Origin: Sumerlaeia bacterium
Lineage (GTDB): Bacteria; Sumerlaeota; Sumerlaeia; SLMS01; JAHLLQ01
Assembly: GCA_040219255.1 (NCBI GenBank)
Contig: JAVJSW010000049.1
Location: 1-64,000 of the forward strand
Reading direction: 5' to 3'
Length of the DNA: 64,000 nucleotides
The notes below the pieces were generated by a model. The model saw only the letters and a program-made list of their open reading frames with translations, searched no databases and had not been told where the DNA came from. A program made the translations under genes and the position numbers. This document shows, piece by piece, positions 55,201 through 64,000 of the stretch (positions are counted from its first letter, which is position 1; the number at the start of each line of letters is the position of its first letter).

Positions 55201-56208
55201 CTACTTCGTATCTGAACGAGTTCGGACGACAAAGGCTTCGACGGGAATTTCCAAGGTCTCGCCCGTTGTGAACTCGACGGTCAGCAAGTCGTGGTAAGAA
55301 CCGGGCGAGACATGCGAGGAATCCAATGTAACATTTATCACCGCTCCAGACGTTGAGGGCAAGAAGTTGCCGAATGTGCCGAAGGGGAAGGAAGTTTTGC
55401 TGACGATGACAGCCTGGGAGGTGTCGACAGCTTCAACCCGCACGCTCCTTTTCTCAGACTTGTCGCCCTTTATGATGGTACCGAAGGAGAGTGTGTCGGG
55501 ATCGATGTCAAACTTGTCTGCCGATTTAAATCCGATGGGGAGAACAGCTTCTTGCTCTCCCGTCAGGGGAATAGTGATGGCGGTTTGAGTCTTGGATTCC
55601 GGCATGAAATCCGGAGTGACGGTGACTTCATATTGGCGCGAGTCTCGGGCGAGTCCAACATCCATAAATTCAACCCTAAATCCCTCCTTCTGTCGCGCCG
55701 CAGCTTGAATCTGAAAGCGCTTATGGTCCACGTCCAATTCCCGGGGAAGCGTGAGGATTGTGGATTTGCTAGCCTCTCTAAACTCGCCGTCGGTCATGTG
55801 GAACCAAAGGAAGGGTGGGTGAAAAAGTTGGACCAAGCCGACTTGAACGCCGTAGTGCAATTCTAGCGAGTCGGCGAACCGCAGGAATGCACCGGTCCCG
55901 AACGACCCCCTCCGTCCTGTGGTATCGATCACAAGAGGAATTTCCAAAGATGTTCCAGGCTCGATAACGGCGGGAAGATTCTGGGTCGAAGTCGAACATT
56001 GGCAGGAAATTTGTATCGACACAAGTGTAACGGCCTGATCTGTCTCATTTACCACATGGACCACGTCGTCGATGATTTCGCCGGGAAAGACGTTGGAGTG
56101 TACGCTGTCGGACGAGTGAAGCCGCACTCCGTCGCCGAAGACTGGCCTGCTCGTAAGCAAAACTGCCGTCAAGACCGTAAGTAAAAATTTCAAATATGAT
56201 AAGACCAT
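55201..56208 (-). CDS. DUF1573-like secreted Ig-fold protein
   Basis: Signal peptide, V.N...Q.SCQCST, IEPG, P..L.FG Ig-like modules. Confidence 0.75.
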   Translation of the reverse strand: MVLSYLKFLLTVLTAVLLTSRPVFGDGVRLHSSDSVHSNVFPGEIIDDVVHVVNETDQAVTLVSIQISCQCSTSTQNLPAVIEPGTSLEIPLVIDTTGRRGSFGTGAFLRFADSLELHYGVQVGLVQLFHPPFLWFHMTDGEFREASKSTILTLPRELDVDHKRFQIQAAARQKEGFRVEFMDVGLARDSRQYEVTVTPDFMPESKTQTAITIPLTGEQEAVLPIGFKSADKFDIDPDTLSFGTIIKGDKSEKRSVRVEAVDTSQAVIVSKTSFPFGTFGNFLPSTSGAVINVTLDSSHVSPGSYHDLLTVEFTTGETLEIPVEAFVVRTRSDTK

Positions 56209-56211
56209 CGG

Positions 56212-57519
56212 TTAGCCACGCCGCCTGAGGGCAAAAAGAAAGGTGAGTGCCAATGCAGCCGCGCCGATTCCCAGAGGTAATCCGAGGCGCAACCGCTGGG
56301 TGGGAACGGGCGCTTCGGTTGGGAGAAGATCGGCAGGCGTGGGCAAGGAGTCGGCGGAAAGTCCAGTGCGCGTCGCCGAGGCGATACCACCCGGTTCCGG
56401 ACTTTCTTCATCGTTCCATTCTTGGGTTCGTCCGACGCTCAGCAAAGCGACATCATCAGCCGACAAGGGGTCCTGGGGGAGACCGGAAAAATGAACATCC
56501 CGGACGAAATCGCTGACACGCGCGAAAGGATCGGGCGAAATTTCAAAAGCGTGTTCGTCGGAAAAGGCGGCATTAAGTTCGATCGAAACAGGCCGATACG
56601 ATTGCACGGATCGTACTCCGCCCTCCATGTCGAAACCGACAACATCGACCTGCGTCGGCAGCCAATAGCCATCGAGTTTTCTGTAGTCTTTGACATCAAC
56701 CATCTCGACAACGACGCCTTGGTAGGTGGCAACGCTGCGGGATAAGAGAAAACCGTGGCGAACGCTTAGGTCCGTTGTAACGGTATAGGGTTCTTGTTGA
56801 CGAGACAATCTCAAAATTGGATTTCCGTTTTCACCGACAGCATCGCTGATACTCGTATCGCCCACCAGGACATGAGCGGGTTTGGGGCGAGCTGTCAAAT
56901 AGGCGAGTTCCTGGGAAAAATCGAATGGCGATGAGAACATCACCACCTTGTTGCGAGACCTGTCCCACTGGGTTTTCTCACCCCCGTCATAGATCTCCGT
57001 TTCGTCGTGAACGAAGTTATTCTTCACGTGTGAGAAAAAGGGATGGGTTTCGGAAATGATTTCCTCGAGCGCTCGATCCTGTTTCCTGTCGAGCCGAAAA
57101 CGGTTTTCCCGGAGATCAAACGTCAGGATTTGTTCTCCCGAGAACCCGTTGAGGACACGATGCGCTTCCGACCAGGAGGTGAGATCGCTCAATGCACTCT
57201 CCCACATCGCGAGTGCGGGAACAGAGCGGTCTGGATTTGCCTGAGCTACCCGCTTGGCGTCCTCATAGGCCTTTTCCACATATTCTCTGCGATCCTCAAC
57301 AATCGCGCCGATGTCACGATGGTCCTCTTTCAAGAATTGGTAAACAACGCGGCCGGAGCGAATTTCGTTCGAATTTTTCTGCAAGATCGACGAACATTCG
57401 GCCAAACTAATCGACGCGCACCAACCCATCGAAGAAGGGTGGATAAACCAGCAGGCGATCAGAAGTGCCGTCGGGAAGAATACTCTTCCGCGAGAAAATG
57501 CTGTCATGGGAAAGGCCAT
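56212..57519 (-). CDS. Exported beta-rich protein (LolA/sorting-protein-like) with C-terminal TM anchor
   Basis: Signal-like N-terminus, DYRKLDGYWLP and IELNAAFSDE.AF motifs, C-terminal TM plus RRR. Confidence 0.7.
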   Translation of the reverse strand: MAFPMTAFSRGRVFFPTALLIACWFIHPSSMGWCASISLAECSSILQKNSNEIRSGRVVYQFLKEDHRDIGAIVEDRREYVEKAYEDAKRVAQANPDRSVPALAMWESALSDLTSWSEAHRVLNGFSGEQILTFDLRENRFRLDRKQDRALEEIISETHPFFSHVKNNFVHDETEIYDGGEKTQWDRSRNKVVMFSSPFDFSQELAYLTARPKPAHVLVGDTSISDAVGENGNPILRLSRQQEPYTVTTDLSVRHGFLLSRSVATYQGVVVEMVDVKDYRKLDGYWLPTQVDVVGFDMEGGVRSVQSYRPVSIELNAAFSDEHAFEISPDPFARVSDFVRDVHFSGLPQDPLSADDVALLSVGRTQEWNDEESPEPGGIASATRTGLSADSLPTPADLLPTEAPVPTQRLRLGLPLGIGAAALALTFLFALRRRG

Positions 57520-57545
57520 TGATTCCTGGAAGTCGGGTGGTGGTT

Positions 57546-57923
57546 TTAGAAGCAGCCGCAAACGCCGACCGGCCCTGTGACGCTTCTTGTTCCATGGGTG
57601 CCGCAGTTGGTGATGCAGATGTTGCCAGAGCAGATCGGTTCGATCGCAATCACACCGAGGTCGTCCCCTTCGAGTTGGCAGGATTCGCCACAGGGACAAT
57701 TCTGCCCAGGCGTGGAGTTACATTCCCAATCGTAAGTCAGGGAGGAGTCTTGACGGCAAGTGGGAGGCACAAGTCCGCCGCAACCGCATTGCGCTTCCCC
57801 GGATGGGTTTCCACTCATTGTGCATTGGGCCTCAAGATCGCCCGCTGGGATCGAGAGCAGCCCGACCGTCAAGATCGCGGCAGCGATAGCGCTGCGGCTG
57901 GAAAGCCTCATGGTAGGTAGCAT
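57546..57923 (-). CDS. Small secreted Cys-rich protein (13 Cys)
   Basis: Signal peptide, then about 90 aa with 13 cysteines, ending VCGCF. Confidence 0.75.
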   Translation of the reverse strand: MLPTMRLSSRSAIAAAILTVGLLSIPAGDLEAQCTMSGNPSGEAQCGCGGLVPPTCRQDSSLTYDWECNSTPGQNCPCGESCQLEGDDLGVIAIEPICSGNICITNCGTHGTRSVTGPVGVCGCF

Positions 57924-58028
57924 TAATTATCGACAACCTTTGCTGTGGAGTTCAGCTTGTTTGGATCGAGGGACGGGGGGGGCAACAAGAAAGACAAGCG
58001 ACCTCCACTCGGCGCTTCCAGCCCCGAG

Positions 58029-58757
58029 TCATAGCCCGTCTGTTGAATCCGCCGGATCCACATAATGATTCGGAATCAGCACCCGCGGGTCGCGGCCTGT
58101 GCTCAGGTAATAGTCGATCAGGCGCTCGTAGCGGAAATTCGTCTGCTGATTCAGGAAATCGATTTCCCGGCGCGTCGGCGTGCGTTCTCCCTGGGCGGCG
58201 CGCTCCGCTTCAGCCCGCGACCGGTAGGGCGAGATTTGCGCGGGGTCCCTGGCGGGTTCGGCTTCGCGCTCCGCCGCCGCCTCGCGCTCGGCCCGCTCCC
58301 TCGCCGCCAGGAAGGCCTCCAGAAGGTCGCGGCTCGGCGGCGCCGGAGCCTTGCGCGGCGCGGCGTTCCCGCCCGACTCAGCCGCCTCTTCCAGCGATGC
58401 CGCCTCGCGGAACGCGTCCTGCCAATCGAGCCATAACTCCACGTAGGCGAACGTCTCCGCCTGCTCCTTCCCCGCCAACGCCTCCAGCCGAGCGGCCAGA
58501 CGTTCCAGCTTTTCCGCCAGGACATCGCGCCGGGTAAGCGCCTCGCCGCCCTCGCCGGGCCCCTCCGCCCGAATGACCACCGGCCCGTCGCCCTCGGGCA
58601 CCACGGGCGCGGCCTCGCTCTCCGTGGCAAACCGGACGATGTAGGACTCGGGCGCCTGGTCCTCGGCGGCGGGCGCGGCGCTCGAAGAAACGGCGGCGCA
58701 GAACAGACACAGTCCAAGCAGCGGGCGGATTTTCCATCGGTCGGTCATTTTCGGCAT
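58029..58757 (-). CDS. Exported hypothetical protein (paralog of the 54235 protein)
   Basis: Signal peptide; LEALA...YVELWLDW...PAPPSRD; AAGGAG RBS. Confidence 0.75.
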   Translation of the reverse strand: MPKMTDRWKIRPLLGLCLFCAAVSSSAAPAAEDQAPESYIVRFATESEAAPVVPEGDGPVVIRAEGPGEGGEALTRRDVLAEKLERLAARLEALAGKEQAETFAYVELWLDWQDAFREAASLEEAAESGGNAAPRKAPAPPSRDLLEAFLAARERAEREAAAEREAEPARDPAQISPYRSRAEAERAAQGERTPTRREIDFLNQQTNFRYERLIDYYLSTGRDPRVLIPNHYVDPADSTDGL

Positions 58758-58962
58758 CGTCTCCTTGCCCCGGGAATCCATGCGTGGGAACGATACAACT
58801 TCCCCCGAACATTTGCCAAGCAAGGATTGGCCAACTTCTACACATCGCCTTCTCCTTTACTCGCAACGTCGATCTTTTTTTTTGCCCTGGATTTTCCTCT
58901 TGCGTCCCCTGATTGGAACACCGCAGCGTCGCCCCCGCATCAAACCTTTTGGAGTTCCACCC

Positions 58963-60834
58963 ATGGGAAATCCCCATCTCCCGCTTGGCCGCCTCCCGCT
59001 TGGCCTCTGTCTGCTCGCCGGGCTGGCTCTCGCGCCCGGCCTGCGCGCAGCCGAGCCACCGGCCGACTACAAAGCCGCGCTGACGCTGCATCAGCAAAAA
59101 GACTACGCCGCCGCCCACGACGCCTTCGCCGCCTGGGCCAAAGCCAACCCGGCGAACCCGTGGCGCCCCAATGCCGAATTCCTCTCCATCAAATCGCTCT
59201 ATGAAGCCGGCGACTACGACGCCTTTCTGGCCGCTGTCGAAGCGCTGAAGGCGAAAGCCCCCACCCACCCTTCGCTCGACGATCTGACCTACCTGTCGGG
59301 CCGGGCGCTGGAGGAGAGCGGCCGCTGGCGCGAGGCCAAGTTCCTCTACCGCGATTTCGCCAGGGCCTATCCCGAATCGCCCTACAACGCCGAAATCGCC
59401 AAGCGCGAACCCTACACGAAGTTCCATACCTTCCTTCGCGTTTATGAGATTGAGAAGGATTGGGAGCGAGCCCGGATCAATTTCCAGGTCTATGCCATCG
59501 ACCGGTCGAACCCGCCCCACCTGCGCGAAGCGGCCCAGTTCTATGCCGTCAAAGCGCTGGAAAGCATGAAGGACTACAAAGCCTTCGAGCGAGAAGCCAA
59601 GGCCCTCTGCGCGGAAAACCCCGCCCATCCGTCCTGCGACGACCTCGCGCTGATGCTGGCCTACATCAAGACCAAGGACTTTGATTACGAGGGCGCGGTG
59701 CTGGCCTATCAGGACTTCCTGGCCCAGTACCCCGATTCGCCGCTCGCCGCCAAGGCCCGCGAGCACATCGCCGAATTCGGCATCCTCACCGGCCCCGGCC
59801 TGCCTCCAACGGACCTGACCGAAGCCGAGCGCCGCGAGCGGATTTCGCTCAACGTCTGGTGGCTCAACGATCTACGGGCCCAGGGCAAGGACCTGCCCTT
59901 CGCCGCCACGGCCCGGTCCTTCGCCAAGAAGCAACCCGGCCACGCCGACGCGCCCGAGCTGGCGCTGAAGGCCCTGCGCCGCGCCAAGGTGAAGCATAAG
60001 GACGACTTCGCCGACACCTTCGCCCTGGAACTCGCCGAATCCCCCCTCGCCAGCCGCGTCACTTGGCTCGGCGGCCGCACCGGTCAGACCGAAGCCCAAG
60101 CCAAAGAGACCTTCAACGCCGTCCGCGACCGCATGAAACGCACCGGCAACGCCCAGGAAGCGATGCTCGAATACAGCGACTTCCTGACTGCATACGGCAA
60201 CAACTGGCGCGCCCCCATGGCCAAACTCGAAATGGCCAGCCTCTGCGTCGGCATGGGCGACCGCCACGGGTTCAACCTCCTCAAAGCCGAACTCGAAGGC
60301 CACCTCGAACCCGAGCAAGCGGACCGCCTGCGGGTTTATGAAAGCTGCTTCCTCTTGGAAAGCGGGCAGAAGGGCAAGGCGAAGCGGATTCTCGAGGAAG
60401 TTTCCGCGCGCAATCCTAGCACAGCAATTTACGAGCATTTTGTCAGAGAAGTGTTTGAGGATTGGGTTGCTACAAAGAATGTCGGCGCGATTCGCCGATT
60501 CGCGCCCCATATGGACAAACTCTACACATCTAGTGAACTCGAGTGGGGTTTCGCTTCTCGGTATCTCGGCGTCGCTGCATACCAGTCTGGTAAATACGCA
60601 GAGGCAGCCCGTCAGTTGCAGGTGGTTTGGAACGAGGCGACGCTGAAAGGTGAGGAGGCAGATCGTCAAAAACTCTTCACCGCGTGGTGGCTTGCTGGCG
60701 TTTACCGAATGATCGGCGACGACGAAATGGTGAATTATTGGGTACGAAGGGTCGAGCGCGAAGTGCCGCCTTCACGCGTTCGGACGGATATGTTCAAAAT
60801 GTTTGCCTATGAGGTTTCGCTCGATGAAATTTAG
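58963..60834 (+). CDS. Exported TPR-repeat protein (BamD/YfiO-like repeats)
   Basis: Signal peptide; repeated Y..F...YP.SP TPR units. Confidence 0.85.
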   Translation: MGNPHLPLGRLPLGLCLLAGLALAPGLRAAEPPADYKAALTLHQQKDYAAAHDAFAAWAKANPANPWRPNAEFLSIKSLYEAGDYDAFLAAVEALKAKAPTHPSLDDLTYLSGRALEESGRWREAKFLYRDFARAYPESPYNAEIAKREPYTKFHTFLRVYEIEKDWERARINFQVYAIDRSNPPHLREAAQFYAVKALESMKDYKAFEREAKALCAENPAHPSCDDLALMLAYIKTKDFDYEGAVLAYQDFLAQYPDSPLAAKAREHIAEFGILTGPGLPPTDLTEAERRERISLNVWWLNDLRAQGKDLPFAATARSFAKKQPGHADAPELALKALRRAKVKHKDDFADTFALELAESPLASRVTWLGGRTGQTEAQAKETFNAVRDRMKRTGNAQEAMLEYSDFLTAYGNNWRAPMAKLEMASLCVGMGDRHGFNLLKAELEGHLEPEQADRLRVYESCFLLESGQKGKAKRILEEVSARNPSTAIYEHFVREVFEDWVATKNVGAIRRFAPHMDKLYTSSELEWGFASRYLGVAAYQSGKYAEAARQLQVVWNEATLKGEEADRQKLFTAWWLAGVYRMIGDDEMVNYWVRRVEREVPPSRVRTDMFKMFAYEVSLDEI

Positions 60835-61930
60835 TGTTGTATTTCGTTATCTTTGCTTGGGTGTTGCCATTGCTGGGGTGGCCTCAGTCTTCGCCGGAGA
60901 AGGTAATCCGAGTATTCCTACGAGTTGCTTGCCCCAGGAAAGCATTTGCTATGGGGATCCGAACGACCCGCAACCATGTCCGGCTAACTCGGGAAACCCA
61001 AATCCAGACGTATGTACGGGAACGTCAAATGGACTGACCGTCGACTGGCATTGGTACCAAATCTGTGTTGAACGTGAACTCTGTGTAGGTGACAAGATTG
61101 ATGAATCCGTCATCCGTATCAACGGGTTGCAGCATCCAACAGTACTCCCGGTTCAGTACAGCCCGTCAGTGGTTACCGAGGCAGGAGTTATTGCTGTGAA
61201 TGTCAGCTTTGCCTACCCTTGCTGTAGAAACTACGACTTCGGGTGTTGGGGTGACCCGGTCGGAGTGACCCGGACGGTGTTTATCAAGGTTCATGAATAC
61301 GTCAGGAATGGTGATGTGGTTCCGCGTGGAGGTATGCGACGAATTGCGGCCGTCATGGGCATAGATTCGAGTAATAATTTGCATAATCACGACTATCGCC
61401 ATGCGCCCGCACCAAGAAAAGATGTTACTGGCTTCGATTATGGTAAGACCGCATCTACTATTGCTAACGACCTATGCTTTGTAGACGTTACCGCGAACTA
61501 TTATACCAATGCTTTTTGTCAATACACATTGACGGTAAGTAAGGGTGCTGTTGCTGGGAGTTACGCGATCGCGAGCGTTGGGGCGGAGTTGTCCTCGCCA
61601 AATGGAAGTAAAAACAAGGGGTACGGAGTAACTACGGAAAACGAAGCACTAAGCGTAACTTTTATTTTTGGGACACTTTTGGAAGTGTCTTGTAGTCCCG
61701 TAGGGAATACTCACACCGCGGATGGAAACTTCACATTGGCTATATCGGACGAAGAGCAGAAAAACCCGCACGAACCCAAGAAGACCCACGATATCACAGA
61801 CCCAACCGACTTGACGGTCGAAGCACAGGCTAGGATTAATCTTAGCTTTTCCATGGCAGACGCCTATATATTGGGTTCAATTAGCGAGAGCGCACCAGAC
61901 TCAGGCAAAGTTTTTGATTGGGGGAACTAA
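60824..61930 (+). CDS. Secreted hypothetical protein with Cys-rich N-terminal part, low GC
   Basis: MKFSVVFRYLCLGVAIAGVASVFA signal; overlaps the TPR gene stop. Confidence 0.75.
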   Translation: MKFSVVFRYLCLGVAIAGVASVFAGEGNPSIPTSCLPQESICYGDPNDPQPCPANSGNPNPDVCTGTSNGLTVDWHWYQICVERELCVGDKIDESVIRINGLQHPTVLPVQYSPSVVTEAGVIAVNVSFAYPCCRNYDFGCWGDPVGVTRTVFIKVHEYVRNGDVVPRGGMRRIAAVMGIDSSNNLHNHDYRHAPAPRKDVTGFDYGKTASTIANDLCFVDVTANYYTNAFCQYTLTVSKGAVAGSYAIASVGAELSSPNGSKNKGYGVTTENEALSVTFIFGTLLEVSCSPVGNTHTADGNFTLAISDEEQKNPHEPKKTHDITDPTDLTVEAQARINLSFSMADAYILGSISESAPDSGKVFDWGN

Positions 61931-62908
61931 GTGATGGGGAGCCTGTCTAGAATAATTCCTAGTCCATGGATGGCAGCATTTCTTGCATTGGGATTGGTTT
62001 TTTGCTACAATTCCGCGGCTATTGCGTCCGATTCAACGGTTGTAGATTGGAAAATGGATGCCGCATGTGAGAACGACTTTTCTTCTTTCTTGGCAGATGA
62101 GGATGTTAGAAACGCCCTCAATGAACGGTATTCGCAAATAGAAGAATTACTTCTTGAGTTTGAAGGCGACAAATTGCCGATCAAGGTGTGGTTTCAGAAG
62201 TCGGTCTGTATGGATTTGGAAAAGCTCAACATCAACTTTTCAAGAGTTGATCGGGAACAATTTCCCAGTTTTTCGGCCTTCATTAGATGGAGCAATGATG
62301 CATTCGTCGGCGAAGCTACGGAGAGTATCAATACCGTCATGAGAGAAGGTATTACCCTGCAGAGCGCAGAAACTGACATCGAGGACTTCACGGTGTTTGC
62401 CGCAGCAGTCAGGGACTTGCTCCGTAACCATTGGTGCAAGGGTGAGAATTTGTACATTTGGAGAGAGAGGTTGTCTCCGCAAGTTTCAGCTGCTGCGGAC
62501 GAATATGGGAATGTTGTGTCAGGCGGTTTGGCTCATGAAGAGTACGACGCACTTGTCGGCCAATTGGTAGAGTTTGACCTAGGGATTCAACTAAAGGCCC
62601 AGGTACAATCACTAGTGAAAGTATATTCTGATGATAGGCTAAATATATTTACAACGGGGCTGTACTACCGCCGTTCCTATGACGAAGATCCACTAGAAGT
62701 CTATAATTCGTACGTGAAAGGCTGTTTGGACTGTCGCATTTTTCATGCGGAAATCTCGAAGCACCTGAATGGGTTTTATCTTTACCCGGTTTTCGATGCA
62801 TTCACATTTGGAAAAACTCGGAAAGTTCACAGAGTTTCTTCGGCGTCGCTGAATGACCCTGCGTCTGATAGTCTCATCCCCTTTGATGTCGATGAGTACT
62901 GCGATTAA
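61931..62908 (+). CDS. Secreted acidic hypothetical protein, low GC
   Basis: Signal peptide; starts immediately after the previous stop; 325 aa. Confidence 0.75.
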   Translation: MMGSLSRIIPSPWMAAFLALGLVFCYNSAAIASDSTVVDWKMDAACENDFSSFLADEDVRNALNERYSQIEELLLEFEGDKLPIKVWFQKSVCMDLEKLNINFSRVDREQFPSFSAFIRWSNDAFVGEATESINTVMREGITLQSAETDIEDFTVFAAAVRDLLRNHWCKGENLYIWRERLSPQVSAAADEYGNVVSGGLAHEEYDALVGQLVEFDLGIQLKAQVQSLVKVYSDDRLNIFTTGLYYRRSYDEDPLEVYNSYVKGCLDCRIFHAEISKHLNGFYLYPVFDAFTFGKTRKVHRVSSASLNDPASDSLIPFDVDEYCD

Positions 62909-63082
62909 GCAATTCTACTCGGCTGGCTCTTATGGAGGACAAATTGAACTGCCGCGAGGCATAGGATTTTCCCCATTGCCCCCGCCCGCCCCTTCCCCTT
63001 CCCTGTCAGGCGCAATCCCTGACGGAGCGTTTGCCTCGTGCGATTTCCCAGTGAGTTGTGGGCCTGCGGCGAGCAGGCTCGC

Positions 63083-63436
63083 ATGGCGTCCAGCCTGGCC
63101 GAGTTGATGGCCGCCGAGCCGTTGATCCTGACGGATCGGCTGACGAATTCGATCTATTTCAATCCCCCGGCGGAAGCCCTCTTCGGCGCCACCGGCGAGG
63201 AGTTGGTGAACCGCGTGACGTTCTCGCTGCTGGGGATGGACGGCGGCGCGCAGCCGCCCCCGCCCGCCATGGTGGCGGCGCTGCTGGGCGAGGCGGGGCC
63301 GTGGAAGGCGCTGCTGCACCTGCCCGCCGAGGGGGGGGCGCGCACCGTCATCTGCGAAGCGTCGGCGGTCAAGGACCGCACCGGCGAGCTGATTTGCGGC
63401 GTGATCCGTCTGAGCCCAAAGGAGGTCGCGCGATGA
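63083..63436 (+). CDS. Stand-alone PAS-like domain protein
   Basis: LILTD....IYFNPPAEALFG....EL; SAVKD..GELICG; overlaps the purN start. Confidence 0.7.
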   Translation: MASSLAELMAAEPLILTDRLTNSIYFNPPAEALFGATGEELVNRVTFSLLGMDGGAQPPPPAMVAALLGEAGPWKALLHLPAEGGARTVICEASAVKDRTGELICGVIRLSPKEVAR

Positions 63437-64000
63437 AAATCGGCGTTCTGATTTCCGGCCGCGGATCGAACCTTGAGGCGCTCCTCAAGGCCAAAAAGCG
63501 CGGGCAGCTCGAGGCGGCGGAGTTCGTCCTGGTCGTCAGCAACAACCCGGACGCGCCGGGTCTGGAACGCGCCCGCGAGCGCGGCATCCCAACGCTGGTG
63601 CTGGATCATCGCAGCCACCGCACGCCCGATGACCGCCTGGATCGCGCAGGCCATGAAGCCGCCGTGGTCGATGCGCTGCGCGAGGCGGGCGCCGACGCCG
63701 TCGTCCTGGCCGGCTGGATGCGCATCGTGGGCGAGCGCCTGCTTGCCGCCTTTCCCGGCGCCATCATCAACATTCACCCCTCCCTTCTGCCCAGCTTCCC
63801 CGGCCTCCACGCCCAGCGCCAGGCCCTCGACCACGGCGTCAAGGTCACCGGCTGCACTGTGCATTTCGTGGACGACGGCATGGATACGGGCCCGATCATC
63901 GTGCAGCGCGCGGTGCCGATTCTGGAGACGGACGACGAGGCGAGCCTCTCGACCCGTCTCCTGCGCGAGGAGCACGGCGCCATCGTCGAGGCGGTGGACC
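63433..64000 (+). CDS. purN: Phosphoribosylglycinamide formyltransferase (runs off the window)
   Basis: MKIGVLISGRGSNL, LAGWMRI, INIHPSLLPSFPGL, GCTVHFV, MDTGPII. Confidence 0.96.
   Translation, partial: MKIGVLISGRGSNLEALLKAKKRGQLEAAEFVLVVSNNPDAPGLERARERGIPTLVLDHRSHRTPDDRLDRAGHEAAVVDALREAGADAVVLAGWMRIVGERLLAAFPGAIINIHPSLLPSFPGLHAQRQALDHGVKVTGCTVHFVDDGMDTGPIIVQRAVPILETDDEASLSTRLLREEHGAIVEAVD

Overview
GC-rich bacterial window with three parts. (1) 1-9.6 kb: a complete type I-C CRISPR-Cas locus on the minus strand (cas3, cas5, cas8c, cas7, cas4, cas1, cas2, leader, 32-bp-repeat array). The first 185 bp are an inverted copy of the array end and are probably an assembly fold-back. The ~600-bp cas3-cas5 gap holds the best find. 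It contains a single sequence-diverged but structurally intact CRISPR repeat, a 33-nt pseudo-spacer and a terminator. The pseudo-spacer matches a site about 100 bp away with mismatches at positions 6, 12 and 18, the Cascade flip-out register. That site lies just upstream of a perfect Shine-Dalgarno and a 9-codon ORF ending in the ribosome-arrest motif RGPP, giving a candidate CreTA/CreR-like, Cascade-repressed module with a possibly new toxin mechanism. (2) 9.8-33.6 kb: a contractile-tail prophage segment ending at the 3' end of tRNA-Gly(CCC). It has a frameshifting tail chaperone, tape measure, hub, spike, wedge, fibre-like and lysis-like genes, an immunity module inserted among the tail genes, and two recurrent upstream motifs. 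No head, sheath, tube, integrase or second att copy is visible, so the Cas locus may itself lie inside the element. (3) 33.7-64 kb: host genes, including a Cus-like heavy-metal RND efflux operon, a YfhO/lasso-B2 fusion with an HPr-kinase-like gene, a glycosyltransferase, a phosphohexomutase, a secreted beta-helix protein, two low-GC cassettes of secreted Cys-rich proteins, and purN. All calls come from reading motifs by eye; no database searches were run.
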